DNA of 62,836 nt, counting the filler, from an uncultured bacterium (GTDB taxonomy: Bacteria > DAOPZR01), in assembly GCA_964637655.1 (NCBI GenBank). It is 6 parts of 6 records of this genome, joined end to end, with 100 filler letters (N's around TTAATTAATTAA, not from the genome) between each part and the next. Parts side by side here need not be neighbours in the genome. Positions count along the whole stretch, not along the records: positions 1 to 10,514 come from CAZWUZ010000123.1; 5 more parts are not named here. One strand, given 5' to 3'. The notes below the pieces were generated by a model. The model searched no databases, was not told the DNA's origin, and was given only the letters and a program-made list of their open reading frames with translations. Shown here one piece after another: positions 1 to 9,328 of this stretch. Positions within the stretch are counted from its first letter, which is position 1, and every line of letters starts with the position of its first letter. Made by a program: the position numbers and the translations under genes.

Positions 1-55
1 CCCGCTCTATGGATGGTAGGATATAGTGACAATAAGTCGTTACGGGGAGGACGCC

Positions 56-2842
56 ATGCGTCTCATGCTCGCCTGTTGCATCATCCTGCTGCTTGCCGGT
101 GCTGCCGCCGCGGAGATTGTGCTTGACCGTTCGGGCACGCTGCAGGCGGGCGACCCGCAACTCGATGACGGCTCCTATTACGACCGCTACGTCATCATCG
201 TGAATGCGGGTGACCGGTTCCAGTTCGACCTTACCGGCAGGAATTACGACCCGTACCTGATTGTCACCGCTCCCGACGGCGCCCGCGAGTACAACGACGA
301 CATCGATGCGAACGACCGCAACAGCCGGCTGACGTTGACCTTCGCCACGGGCGGGCAGGTCATCATCTACGCGACCAGCTATGCGGGTAATGTGACGGGC
401 AGTTACCGGCTGCAGGCGCAGCGTCTTGGCAGCGGCGGCACCACCGTGACGGTTGCTGCTCAGCCCGCGGCGGGGTGGATTGCCGGCCGGCTCGAGTCAG
501 GCGACCGCACGCACCGCGACGGCTCCTATCTCGACTACCACGAGTTTGCCGGGCGGCGCGGCGAGCGGGTGACCATTGTGCTTGAGGCGGACGATTTCGA
601 CCCGTACCTCTTCCTCATGGGCCCGGACGACTGGCAGCAGTCGAACGACGACGATGGCGCCAGCCGCAACTGCCGCCTGGCGGTAACGCTCCCCGCCGAC
701 GGCACCTACTACGCCGTGGTCAACTCCTATGGCGAGGGTGCGCATACCGGCGCCTATCGGCTGCGTATCGACCGCGGCAGCGGCGGCACCACGACCGGCG
801 CCGCGGCCGCTGCCGGCGGTGCCACCACGTCCCTCAGCATCGGGCGCACAGTCGAAGGACGGCTCGCCGCGGGTGACCGCACACACCGCGATGGTTCCTA
901 TCTCGACTACTACACCTTCCGCGGGCGCGCGGGGCAGACCATCACCGCGACGCTGGAATCATCCGTTTTCGATCCCATCCTTTTTCTGCAGGGACCAAAC
1001 GATTTCAGCATGCAGAATGACGACATCGACGAGCAGAACCGCAACGCACGCATCGTCGCCACCCTGCCGGCCGCCGGCGAGTACCGGCTCATCGCCAACT
1101 CGTACGGCGAGGGTGCCCGCACCGGCGCGTACACCCTGACGCTGGCGGAGGGCGGAAGTGTCACCCCCGCCAACGCGCCGGCCACCGGGGCGACGCGCCT
1201 GCAGCCGGGCCGCAGCGTCAACGGCAACCTGCGCGCCGGTGACAGCACACTGCGCACCGGCGAGTTCTACGACATGTTTTCGCTTGAAGCGCGCGCGGGG
1301 CAGGCGTTCGCCGTCGACCTGTCCGGCGACGGGTTCGACCCGTACCTTTTCATCCGCGGCCCGGAGAACTTTTCCGAGGATAACGACGACTTCAACGAGG
1401 ATCGCACCCGCTGTCATATCGAGTTCTCCGCGCCGGCCGCGGGCACCTACCGCGTCTATGTCACCTCCTACCGCCCCGCGGAGACGGGCAGTTACCGGCT
1501 CGCGGTGAGCGATCCCGCTGCCGGGCGCGTGACCGTCGCGGCGCCGGCCGCCGGCACCACCGTGCTCGCTTTCGACCGTCCGGTCAGCGGCACGCTCAGC
1601 CCGCAGTCGGGCACCCTGCGCTCGGGCGAGTACCGCGATGTCTACACCTTCCGCGGCACCGCCGGCGAACAGGTCGTGCTGGACCTGTCGTCCGCCGATT
1701 TCGACGCCTACCTCTGCCTGCGCGGGCAGGGGCTGAGCGAGGACAACGACGATGCGCGCGAGAATGCGCGTGACGCGCGGCTCGTCTGCACGCTGCCGCG
1801 CACGGGCGAGTACCAGGTCTTCGCCACCACCTACCAGGCGGGAATGGGCGGCACCTACCGCCTGCTGCTCAGCCGCGGCACCGGGGCGCCGCCGGTCGTC
1901 ACGCCACCGGTTGATCCGCCCGTGACCACCGACGACCACAGCGAACAGTGGTCCGTGCCGACCTCCGTCGACGGCGGGCGCGTCTTCGGCATCTTTGTCG
2001 GCATCAGCGACTACCCGGGCGACGGCAACGACCTGCCGCTCTGCGCCGACGACGCGCGCAAGTTCGCCGACGACCTGCGCCAGGCGCGCGTTTCCTCCGC
2101 CGCCGAGCAGGTGGTGCTGCTCGACCGTGATGCCACCACGGGCGCCGTGCGCCGCGCGTTCGCCCGACTCGCCCCGCGCGTCGGGCCCAACGACCTGTTC
2201 ATCTTCTTCTACTCGGGACACGGCAGCCAGTCCGAAGACAACCCGTCATCACCCGAGCGCGACCGCCGCGAGGAGTCGCTCTACCTCTACGACGGCGAAC
2301 TGGGTGACGACGAGATGGGGCAACTGCTCCGGCAGGTCAACTGCCGCATCGCGGTGCTCGCGCTCGATGCCTGCTTCTCGGGCGGCTTCCGCGACGCGCT
2401 CACCCAACCGGCACAGCTCGGGCTCTTCTCCAGCGAGGAGGACCTCACCTCGGCGGTGCCCGACAAGTTCCAGGCGGGGGGCTACCTGTCGCACTTCCTG
2501 CGTGTCGGGCTGCTCGGGGCGAGTGACAGCAACCGCGACAACCGCGTGACGGCGGGCGAACTGTGCGAGTACCTCTACCGCCAGTACGCGCAGGAGGTGA
2601 CCGGGGTCTCCTCGGAGACACTGGAGGGGGCGGAATCCTACCAGCATCTCGTCGTCGACCGCGGCGGGGTCAAGGTCAGCGACCTGCTGCTGTCGCTGGC
2701 GCAAGTCGAGCAGTCGCTCAAGTATTCGCCCGGATCGAGCGCGCGCGGCGCGGGGCGCCGCCTGCAGGTGGCAGTGCCGGCCAATTCGCCGGCCGCCGTC
2801 GTGCCGAACGCGCTGCCGCCCGCCTCGTCCGGCAAACACTAA
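56..2842 (+). CDS. Secreted caspase-family (clan CD, C14) peptidase with five N-terminal PPC-like beta-sandwich repeats
   Basis: ATG at 56 after GGGGAGG; signal peptide MRLMLACCIILLLAGAAAA; five ~105-aa repeats (G.L..GD....G.Y.D.Y.F...FDPYL...NDD...Y.L); C-terminal caspase fold with FFYSGHG (His) and LDACFSG (Cys). Confidence 0.85.
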   Translation: MRLMLACCIILLLAGAAAAEIVLDRSGTLQAGDPQLDDGSYYDRYVIIVNAGDRFQFDLTGRNYDPYLIVTAPDGAREYNDDIDANDRNSRLTLTFATGGQVIIYATSYAGNVTGSYRLQAQRLGSGGTTVTVAAQPAAGWIAGRLESGDRTHRDGSYLDYHEFAGRRGERVTIVLEADDFDPYLFLMGPDDWQQSNDDDGASRNCRLAVTLPADGTYYAVVNSYGEGAHTGAYRLRIDRGSGGTTTGAAAAAGGATTSLSIGRTVEGRLAAGDRTHRDGSYLDYYTFRGRAGQTITATLESSVFDPILFLQGPNDFSMQNDDIDEQNRNARIVATLPAAGEYRLIANSYGEGARTGAYTLTLAEGGSVTPANAPATGATRLQPGRSVNGNLRAGDSTLRTGEFYDMFSLEARAGQAFAVDLSGDGFDPYLFIRGPENFSEDNDDFNEDRTRCHIEFSAPAAGTYRVYVTSYRPAETGSYRLAVSDPAAGRVTVAAPAAGTTVLAFDRPVSGTLSPQSGTLRSGEYRDVYTFRGTAGEQVVLDLSSADFDAYLCLRGQGLSEDNDDARENARDARLVCTLPRTGEYQVFATTYQAGMGGTYRLLLSRGTGAPPVVTPPVDPPVTTDDHSEQWSVPTSVDGGRVFGIFVGISDYPGDGNDLPLCADDARKFADDLRQARVSSAAEQVVLLDRDATTGAVRRAFARLAPRVGPNDLFIFFYSGHGSQSEDNPSSPERDRREESLYLYDGELGDDEMGQLLRQVNCRIAVLALDACFSGGFRDALTQPAQLGLFSSEEDLTSAVPDKFQAGGYLSHFLRVGLLGASDSNRDNRVTAGELCEYLYRQYAQEVTGVSSETLEGAESYQHLVVDRGGVKVSDLLLSLAQVEQSLKYSPGSSARGAGRRLQVAVPANSPAAVVPNALPPASSGKH

Positions 2843-2849
2843 GGAGCAC

Positions 2850-3512
2850 GTGCGACACATGGTGCGCCGTGCCTTCACCGGGTGGCGTGGATGGGTGTGG
2901 GGACTGCTCGGCATCGTCGCCGTCGCCACCGGTTGGTATGTACAGCAAGTGCCGCCGCCGGCCACGATTCCGCTGGACGATGAACAACAGTCCCTGGTTC
3001 TCGCCTATGAGCCACGCTATTCCTTTCTTGAAATTCTCGCCCTCGGTCTGTTCGAAAAGGCGCTTGCCCGTTCAGATCCGGACCGTTTCCTTGAAGCGGT
3101 TTGCATACTGTATCAGGATGAGAGCGCGCCGTATATCGAGCAGCAGCATATCCCCCGCCTGGTCCGTCTGTATACCGGGCCTCCCGACTACTACACGGAC
3201 TCGGCCGACGTAGCACATGTGGCGTTTCGCCGGAATGCACTGCAGGATACACCCGACCAGCAAATCAGCATTATTGCCGCTGCCACCGGTAGACGTTTCG
3301 CCATAGCGCACCCGGAGAAGGCAGCGTCATGGCTCATCCGCCATAACACCGTAAACCGCTTATTTGGAGAGCCGGAACTCCCTCTTGCTGCTATAAGCGG
3401 GAAACTTAGGGAACGCGATGAGCGGCTGGTGCCGTTTGCCGACGCACTACAGGTCGATATTCAACCGATAGCGGAACGCTGGCTCGCTGATTTCAATGCG
3501 CGAAATGATTGA
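2850..3512 (+). CDS. Hypothetical protein with N-terminal transmembrane anchor
   Basis: AAGGAG RBS overlapping the caspase stop; hydrophobic WVWGLLGIVAVATGWYV segment; start GTG 2850 or ATG 2859. Confidence 0.65.
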   Translation: MRHMVRRAFTGWRGWVWGLLGIVAVATGWYVQQVPPPATIPLDDEQQSLVLAYEPRYSFLEILALGLFEKALARSDPDRFLEAVCILYQDESAPYIEQQHIPRLVRLYTGPPDYYTDSADVAHVAFRRNALQDTPDQQISIIAAATGRRFAIAHPEKAASWLIRHNTVNRLFGEPELPLAAISGKLRERDERLVPFADALQVDIQPIAERWLADFNARND

Positions 3513-3544
3513 ACGCCATCGCGCGAAATAGCCCGGACAGGAAA

Positions 3545-4603
3545 CTACAGCAGTTTGGTGTAGGCAGCGAGGAAGGCATCCATTTCCGCGTCGGTTCCGA
3601 TGCTGACGCGCAGCCAGTTGCTGATGCGCGGCTTGCTGAAATGCCGCACCAGCACCCCGCGTGCGCGCAGCCCGGCAAAGAGTTCCGCAGCCGGGCGCGA
3701 CGGGTGGCTGATAAAGATGAAGTTGGCGGCGGACGGGATGACCGTCGTGCCCGCCTGCTGCAGGCATGCGACAACCCGTTCGCGTGTCGCGATAACTTTC
3801 GCCGTCGTGGCCGCGTAGTAGGCGGTATCCTGCAGCGCGGCCGCCGCCCCCGCCAGCGCCAGGCGGTCGAGCGGATAGGAATTGAACGAGTCCTTGATGC
3901 GCACCAGCCCGTCGATGAGTGCCGCACTCCCCAGCGCATAGCCGACACGCAGCCCCGCCAGCGCATGCGATTTTGACAGAGTGCGCACCACCAGCAGGTT
4001 GGGATGTTCCCCGCTATGCGCGGCCATGCTCTCGCCGCCAAACGCGACATACGCCTCATCACAGATAACCGCACGAGTGCGGTCCGCCGCGGCGATGCGC
4101 GCGATGGCCGCCGCCGGCAGCGCGCGCCCGGTTGGCGCGTTCGGGTTGGCCAGCGCCACGCCCCGTCCCGGGACGCAGAGCGCGTCTACCGGCACGGAAA
4201 AATCCTCCGTCAGCGGCACTGTCGTATAGGGGATGCCATACAATTGCGCGTAGACAGAATAGAAGCTGTAGGTGATATCGGGTGCCAGCAGCGGGCACTC
4301 CGCGGAAAAGAACGCGGCGAACGCAAAGGCGAGAATCTCGTCCGAACCGTTGCCGACAAAGACCTCAGCCGCGGTCACCCCGTGTTGCGCGGCAATCACC
4401 TCGCGCAGCGCCAGTCCTGTCGGATCGGGATAGAGCCGCAGCGTGTCGTCTGTTGCCGCGCGGATGGCGGCAAGCGCCGCCGGTGACGGCGGGTAGGGGT
4501 TCTCGTTGGTGTTGAGCTTGATGTACGCGCGGTCGCGCGGCTGCTCGCCCGGCACATACGGGACGAGCGCGCGCGTGCGCGCATTCCAGCAGGGTGACGC
4601 CAC
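3545..4603 (-). CDS. hisC: Histidinol-phosphate aminotransferase
   Basis: PYVPGEQP, IKLNTNENPYPPSP, GNGSDE, NPNAPTG, DEAY, RTLSKSHALAGLRVGY (PLP Lys). Confidence 0.95.
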   Translation of the reverse strand: MASPCWNARTRALVPYVPGEQPRDRAYIKLNTNENPYPPSPAALAAIRAATDDTLRLYPDPTGLALREVIAAQHGVTAAEVFVGNGSDEILAFAFAAFFSAECPLLAPDITYSFYSVYAQLYGIPYTTVPLTEDFSVPVDALCVPGRGVALANPNAPTGRALPAAAIARIAAADRTRAVICDEAYVAFGGESMAAHSGEHPNLLVVRTLSKSHALAGLRVGYALGSAALIDGLVRIKDSFNSYPLDRLALAGAAAALQDTAYYAATTAKVIATRERVVACLQQAGTTVIPSAANFIFISHPSRPAAELFAGLRARGVLVRHFSKPRISNWLRVSIGTDAEMDAFLAAYTKLL

Positions 4604-4608
4604 GGGGA

Positions 4609-4812
4609 TCAGGCTTCGGCGTGCGGCTCGACCGCGACGACCTGCACCATTTCGGGCGTCAGCAGGTAGGTTTCGTGGTAGTCGCGCGGCTCGCAGAGCA
4701 GGCGCACGATGTTCTCCGCCGTCACCGGCAGGTCGTACTCGCGGCTCTGTCCGCGACTCCCCCCGATGCGGTGTTTCACCGTATCCGGCAGCAGGAGCGT
4801 CACTTTCTTCAT
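4609..4812 (-). CDS. Small hypothetical protein (67 aa)
   Basis: GGAGG RBS before (GTG)ATG AAG AAA; exactly fills the gap between the PHP-TPR gene and hisC; MKKVTLLLPDTVKHRIGG... Confidence 0.7.
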   Translation of the reverse strand: MKKVTLLLPDTVKHRIGGSRGQSREYDLPVTAENIVRLLCEPRDYHETYLLTPEMVQVVAVEPHAEA

Positions 4813-4822
4813 CACGGTCCTC

Positions 4823-6505
4823 CTATTCCTGCAGGTTGGCCAGCAGGTCGCTGACTTCGGCATACTGTTTGCCCGGGGTCGCCAGTTCGAGGTAGCGGCG
4901 CAGCGCCACGCGCGCCATCCCGTACTTGCGCTGCTTGTAGCCGAGCGTCCCCTTGGCGTAATGCGGCGCCGGGTTCCCCGGTGCCAGCGCGGCGGCGCGG
5001 TCGAACTCCTCCGCCACCACCTCGAACGGCTTGCGCAGGTGGAACAGGTTCCACGCATGCTGCAGATGCACCTCGTAGCGCAACGGATGCTTCGCGTCGA
5101 GCCGGTCGAGCAGGCCGCGAAAGAGTTTCTCCGCCTCGTCCGGCTGCCGCAGCCGCTGCAGGGCCAGCGCGCGGTACAAATCGCGCTCACCCTCACCGTC
5201 GTCGCTCATCTGCACCGTCAAATCGAGCAGCGCGCCATGCGCGCGGCTCTTCCACAGGCGTTCCGCCTCGAGCAGCTGCTGCGCGCGCTTTGCCCGCTGC
5301 GCGGCAGGCGTGCCGTCCTTCGCCTTCTCCACCGCGTAACCGAGCTGCCTGAGTTCCGTTGCGTCCCAGTGCGCATAGGCCATGCCGCCGCTGACATGAC
5401 AGGGCAGTGTTTCCGCCCCGGTCACCAGCGTCTGCGGGTCGGGCTCGACTCCGCGCGCGATGCCCACGAGTCGCGGAATGGCGAAGTTGAGGATGGGATT
5501 GCTCAGCGGCGGCAGCGCCGCCAGTTCCGCCGCGCTTTTGCCCGTCAGTTCTTCCGTCAGGCGTGCGCGTTCCGCTTTCGGCAGGTGCAGGACGAGACCG
5601 GCCGCCTTGACCGCGTCGGCAACATCCATCACCTGCAGATGGCCCGCCGCGGCCACCGTGGTGCCGGTATCGCCCGCGGGCGTAAGCGCGTCAGCGCAGT
5701 CGTCGTCAATACGTTCCGCCACGCGCACCGTCTCGTCGTAGGTCTCCGCCGGGAAGCCGAGATGCTCCATCTCAGCGCGCGACTTGAGGTAGCATTCCTG
5801 CGACTCGATGCCGTAGCCCGTCAGTTCCCCGTACAGCGTCTTCATGACAATCCGCTGCAGGTACCACTCAGGCTGACGCGCGAAGTGGCAGTCGTTGACC
5901 GCCAGCACCTTCACCCCCTGCGCTTTGCCCAGTTCGAGGATGGCGCGGTTCGCCATCTGCTGTTCGGGGAAGAAGTGGTCGGCGACTTCGAGATAGAAGT
6001 CATCGCCGAAGATTTCGCGGTAGCGGCGCAGCGTCGTCTCCGCCTCTTCCTGCCGCCCGCGCCAGAGCGCGTCGGGTATGCGCCCGAAGATGCACGCCCC
6101 GGTGGCAATAAGTCCTTCGCGGTGCTCCGCCAGCAGGTTGAAATCGACCAGCGACACGCGACTGTCGACCGCGTACTTCGCCGTGCTCGCGCTCTGCAGC
6201 GCGATCAGCGAGCGCACGCCGGCTTTATTCTTCGCCAGCAGGATGAGGTGATATCGGTCGTTGCGGTGCTGCGCGCAGGCCTGCGCGGCATCATCGACAA
6301 AATAGGCCTCGAGCCCGAGAAGGGGCTTGACGGGGTGGTCGCGGCAGGCGCGCACGAATCGCGGCCAGAGCGCCAGCGAGTTGTGGTCAGTGACCGCCAG
6401 CGCCGGCTGTCCGAGTTCCGCGATGCGGGCAACACCATCCTCCACCCGCATCCCGCTGTCGAAGAAGAAGTGGTTGTGAAGGTGGACGAACGCTTCGCGC
6501 GCCAC
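4823..6505 (-). CDS. DnaE-type PHP domain + degenerate DnaE-like segment + C-terminal TPR repeats (no polymerase catalytic motifs)
   Basis: GTG start 1 nt after the secG stop; FVHLHNH, ALAVTDHN, GLEAY, HLILLAKN, ATGACIFG, FYLEV, VNDCHF, YLKSRAEM match the Pol III alpha PHP domain; C-terminal TPR-like helices (AAALAPGNPAPHYAKG...LRRYLELA). Confidence 0.8.
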   Translation of the reverse strand: MAREAFVHLHNHFFFDSGMRVEDGVARIAELGQPALAVTDHNSLALWPRFVRACRDHPVKPLLGLEAYFVDDAAQACAQHRNDRYHLILLAKNKAGVRSLIALQSASTAKYAVDSRVSLVDFNLLAEHREGLIATGACIFGRIPDALWRGRQEEAETTLRRYREIFGDDFYLEVADHFFPEQQMANRAILELGKAQGVKVLAVNDCHFARQPEWYLQRIVMKTLYGELTGYGIESQECYLKSRAEMEHLGFPAETYDETVRVAERIDDDCADALTPAGDTGTTVAAAGHLQVMDVADAVKAAGLVLHLPKAERARLTEELTGKSAAELAALPPLSNPILNFAIPRLVGIARGVEPDPQTLVTGAETLPCHVSGGMAYAHWDATELRQLGYAVEKAKDGTPAAQRAKRAQQLLEAERLWKSRAHGALLDLTVQMSDDGEGERDLYRALALQRLRQPDEAEKLFRGLLDRLDAKHPLRYEVHLQHAWNLFHLRKPFEVVAEEFDRAAALAPGNPAPHYAKGTLGYKQRKYGMARVALRRYLELATPGKQYAEVSDLLANLQE

Positions 6506-6506
6506 G

Positions 6507-6881
6507 CTACTGCTGCGCCGGAGCCGCGGGCGCCGCCGGTGCTTCGGCCGGTGCTGCCGCGGGCGCTTCGGCTGCCGGTGCAGGAGCCGCGGCCGGAGCC
6601 ATGTCACCCGGCAGCGGAATATCTTCCACCGGCGTGCTGCGGATTTCCGACAGGCCGCCCAGCCCGTACAGGTTGATGACCACCGACCAGACGACAAAGG
6701 CCAGCGCCAGTCCGATGGTGGCGCGCGTCAGCACGTTGCCGCTCGTCGCCCCGAAGAGCGTGTTGGCCGACCCGCCGCCGAATATGGCGCCCAGTCCCGC
6801 GCCCTTGCCCTGCTGCAGCAGGACCACGACCATCAGCGCCACGCAGATGAGCACATGTACCGTGATGAGAAAATAAAACAT
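6507..6881 (-). CDS. secG: Preprotein translocase subunit SecG
   Basis: VVVLLQQGKGAGLGAIFGGG...LFG...NVLTRAT; two TM helices; follows the tpiA/gpmI genes. Confidence 0.93.
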   Translation of the reverse strand: MFYFLITVHVLICVALMVVVLLQQGKGAGLGAIFGGGSANTLFGATSGNVLTRATIGLALAFVVWSVVINLYGLGGLSEIRSTPVEDIPLPGDMAPAAAPAPAAEAPAAAPAEAPAAPAAPAQQ

Positions 6882-6933
6882 GGTGTTCTCCTCGCTTTCC
6901 TCTACCGGCGGCCGTACCGCCGTCTCTCGTTCG

Positions 6934-8487
6934 TTATTCCGCCAGCAGCGACTGCGCCGTCATCTCCGCCGGGACCTTCAGGCCCAGCAGCTGCAGCACC
7001 GTCGGCGCGATATCCGCCAGTTTGCCGCGCGGGACCAGTTTCTTCCCCGGCGCGTCCGTTGCCACCCAGATGCAGTCGACGGGGAAAAGCGTGTGGCTGG
7101 TCTTGGTCATCCCCGTTTCGTAATCCACCATCTGCTCGGCGTTGCCGTGGTCCGCGGTGATCAGCACGTGCCCGTCAAGTTCCAGCATCCGCGCGACCAC
7201 CTTCCCCACGCACTCGTCCACCACTGCGACCGCTTTTTCCGCCGCGGCGAAATTGCCGGTATGCCCGACCATGTCGCCATTGGCAAAATTCACCGCGATA
7301 AACGCGTACGGGTTACTTTCCAGCCGCTTGAGCAGTTCTTCCGTGACGCGATACGCTTCCATCTCCGGATGACTGGCAAAAGTCGCCGGGTCGAACCGCC
7401 CCTCGATCTGCACGTCGTCCTCGCCGTTATACGGGGTGGTTGCCTTGCCGTTGCAGAAGCTCGTCACGTGGCGGAATTTCTGGGTTTCCGCGATACGCAG
7501 CTGACGCAGCCCGGCTTTGCTGATAACCTCGCCGAGCAGGTTGTCCATCGCCCCGCCTTCGCCCATCGGCCCCATGAGGTACTCGGTGAATTCGTCGTAA
7601 TAGCGGGTGAAGCCGAGGTAGGTAACCTGCGGCTTTGCCTGCAGTTTCCCGGGGTAGGCCGCGTCGACAAACGCCTTCGTCAGCTGGATGGCGCGGTCCT
7701 GCCGGTAGTTGGTGTGAAAGACGCAATCCCCGTCCTTGATGCCGGCATAGTCACCGACGATATGCGCCGGGATATACTCGTCGAACATTTCCACGCCGTC
7801 GGGGGTTTTGTCCTGCGCGTAGGACGCCTCCACCGCCTGTTTCGCCGACGCGGTCTTCCGCCCCTGCGCGCAGACAATGGCATGGTATGCCTCGTCGGTG
7901 AGTTGCCAGTTGGCCGAACGGTCCATCGCGTAGTAGCGCCCCATCACCGTGCCGATGCTGCAGTGGCCGAGTTCCTGCATCACCTTTTCCAGCTTGAGCA
8001 GGTACTCGAGGCAGCTGCGCGGGGGCGTGTCGCGCCCGTCGAGGAACGGGTGGAACACGATACGCCCCTGCGGGTGTTCTTTCCGCGCCTGCCGCGCGAG
8101 CGCAAACAGCTGTTCGCAATGCGCGTGCACTCCCTCGTCCTGCAGCAGTCCGAAGAAATGCAAAGCGCCGTTGTTCTTTTTCCACTGCGCCATCAGCTGC
8201 TGCCACTTCGCCTCGCGGAAGAGCGAGCCGTCGCGGAACGCGTCGTCGATGCGCTTGAGTTCCTGGATGACGATGCGTCCCGCCCCCATATTGAGATGCC
8301 CGACCTCGCTGGAGCCCTGGTAGCCGTCAGGGAGACCGACCGGCTCACCCGCCGCGTCAAGCAGCGTGCGCGGATAGCGGTAGCAGTAGCGGTCGAGGTT
8401 CGGGGTGGCCGCGGCAAACGCCGCGTTCCCCTGCGGGCTGGGATTGTACCCCCACCCGTCACGGATGATCAGGCAGACAGGACGCAT
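6934..8487 (-). CDS. gpmI: 2,3-bisphosphoglycerate-independent phosphoglycerate mutase
   Basis: LIIRDGWG, GSSEVGHLNMGAGR, DGRDTPP, GRYYAMDR, AETQK, NGDMVGHTG, TADHGNAE, LADIAPT. Confidence 0.96.
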   Translation of the reverse strand: MRPVCLIIRDGWGYNPSPQGNAAFAAATPNLDRYCYRYPRTLLDAAGEPVGLPDGYQGSSEVGHLNMGAGRIVIQELKRIDDAFRDGSLFREAKWQQLMAQWKKNNGALHFFGLLQDEGVHAHCEQLFALARQARKEHPQGRIVFHPFLDGRDTPPRSCLEYLLKLEKVMQELGHCSIGTVMGRYYAMDRSANWQLTDEAYHAIVCAQGRKTASAKQAVEASYAQDKTPDGVEMFDEYIPAHIVGDYAGIKDGDCVFHTNYRQDRAIQLTKAFVDAAYPGKLQAKPQVTYLGFTRYYDEFTEYLMGPMGEGGAMDNLLGEVISKAGLRQLRIAETQKFRHVTSFCNGKATTPYNGEDDVQIEGRFDPATFASHPEMEAYRVTEELLKRLESNPYAFIAVNFANGDMVGHTGNFAAAEKAVAVVDECVGKVVARMLELDGHVLITADHGNAEQMVDYETGMTKTSHTLFPVDCIWVATDAPGKKLVPRGKLADIAPTVLQLLGLKVPAEMTAQSLLAE

Positions 8488-8497
8488 GTGGTTTCCC

Positions 8498-9262
8498 CTA
8501 CTTCCGCGTGAACTTGACGATGCGCGCGAAGGACTCCGCCTCGAGCGCCGCGCCGCCGACCAGCGCCCCGTCGATATCGGGCTGCGCCATCAGTTCGTCG
8601 ACATTGTCCGGCTTGACACTGCCGCCGTACTGGATACGCATCTCCTCGGCAACCGCGCCGAACAGTTTGCGCAGCTCGCCGCGGATGAACGCGTGCACTT
8701 CCTGCGCCTGCGCCGGGGATGCCGTCTTCCCCGTGCCGATGGCCCAGACCGGCTCGTAGGCGATGGTGATGCTCTTCGCGTCGTCCGCAGTGAGGCCCGC
8801 GAGTCCGCCATGCAGCTGCGCCTCGATGACGCTGAAGGTGGTGCCGTTCTCGCGCTGCGCCAGCAGTTCGCCCACCGCAACGATGGGGAGCAGCCCCGCC
8901 TTGAGCGCGGCTTTCGTCTTTTTGTTGACCGTCTCGTCGGTCTCGCCGAAGAACTGCCGCCGCTCACTGTGGCCGATGACCACACACGCGCAGCCCGCGT
9001 CCTTCAGCTGGTTCGGGGCCACCTCGCCGGTGAACGCCCCCTTCTCCTCCCAGAACACGTCCTGGGCGCCGACCATGATATTGCTCTCCTTGAGCGAATC
9101 AGCCAGCGGCTTGAGCAACGTGAAGGTCGCGCAGATGGCGATGTCCGCATCCTTCACCGTCATCACCGCGGGTTTCAGCTTCGCCGCCGTCTGCAGCGCC
9201 TCGCTGATCGTCTTGAACATCTTCCAGTTGCCGGCCAGGAACGGCCTGCGTTCTTTGCCCAT
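8498..9262 (-). CDS. tpiA: Triosephosphate isomerase
   Basis: AGNWKM, GAFTGE, IGHSERR, AYEPVWAIGTG, YGGSVKP, LVGGA; ATG 6 nt after GGAGG. Confidence 0.97.
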   Translation of the reverse strand: MGKERRPFLAGNWKMFKTISEALQTAAKLKPAVMTVKDADIAICATFTLLKPLADSLKESNIMVGAQDVFWEEKGAFTGEVAPNQLKDAGCACVVIGHSERRQFFGETDETVNKKTKAALKAGLLPIVAVGELLAQRENGTTFSVIEAQLHGGLAGLTADDAKSITIAYEPVWAIGTGKTASPAQAQEVHAFIRGELRKLFGAVAEEMRIQYGGSVKPDNVDELMAQPDIDGALVGGAALEAESFARIVKFTRK

Positions 9263-9289
9263 CGTCATCCTCCGTGTGTGCAGCAGAAA

Positions 9290-9316
9290 CCGCGGCGGGC
9301 TCAAGGCCCGCCGCGG
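9290..9316 (-). terminator. Perfect 11-bp GC stem-loop between pgk and tpiA (weak terminator or mRNA-stabilising hairpin)
   Basis: CCGCGGCGGGC-tcaag-GCCCGCCGCGG; only a short TTTCT tail on the minus strand. Confidence 0.45.
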
Positions 9317-9328
9317 GATAGTGTGCTG

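Noticed and set aside
4823-6697. Calling the PHP gene dnaE, or using the 624-aa ORF start at 6697
   Set aside because: Polymerase catalytic motifs are absent. The longer start overlaps secG; GTG 6505 fits the domain start.
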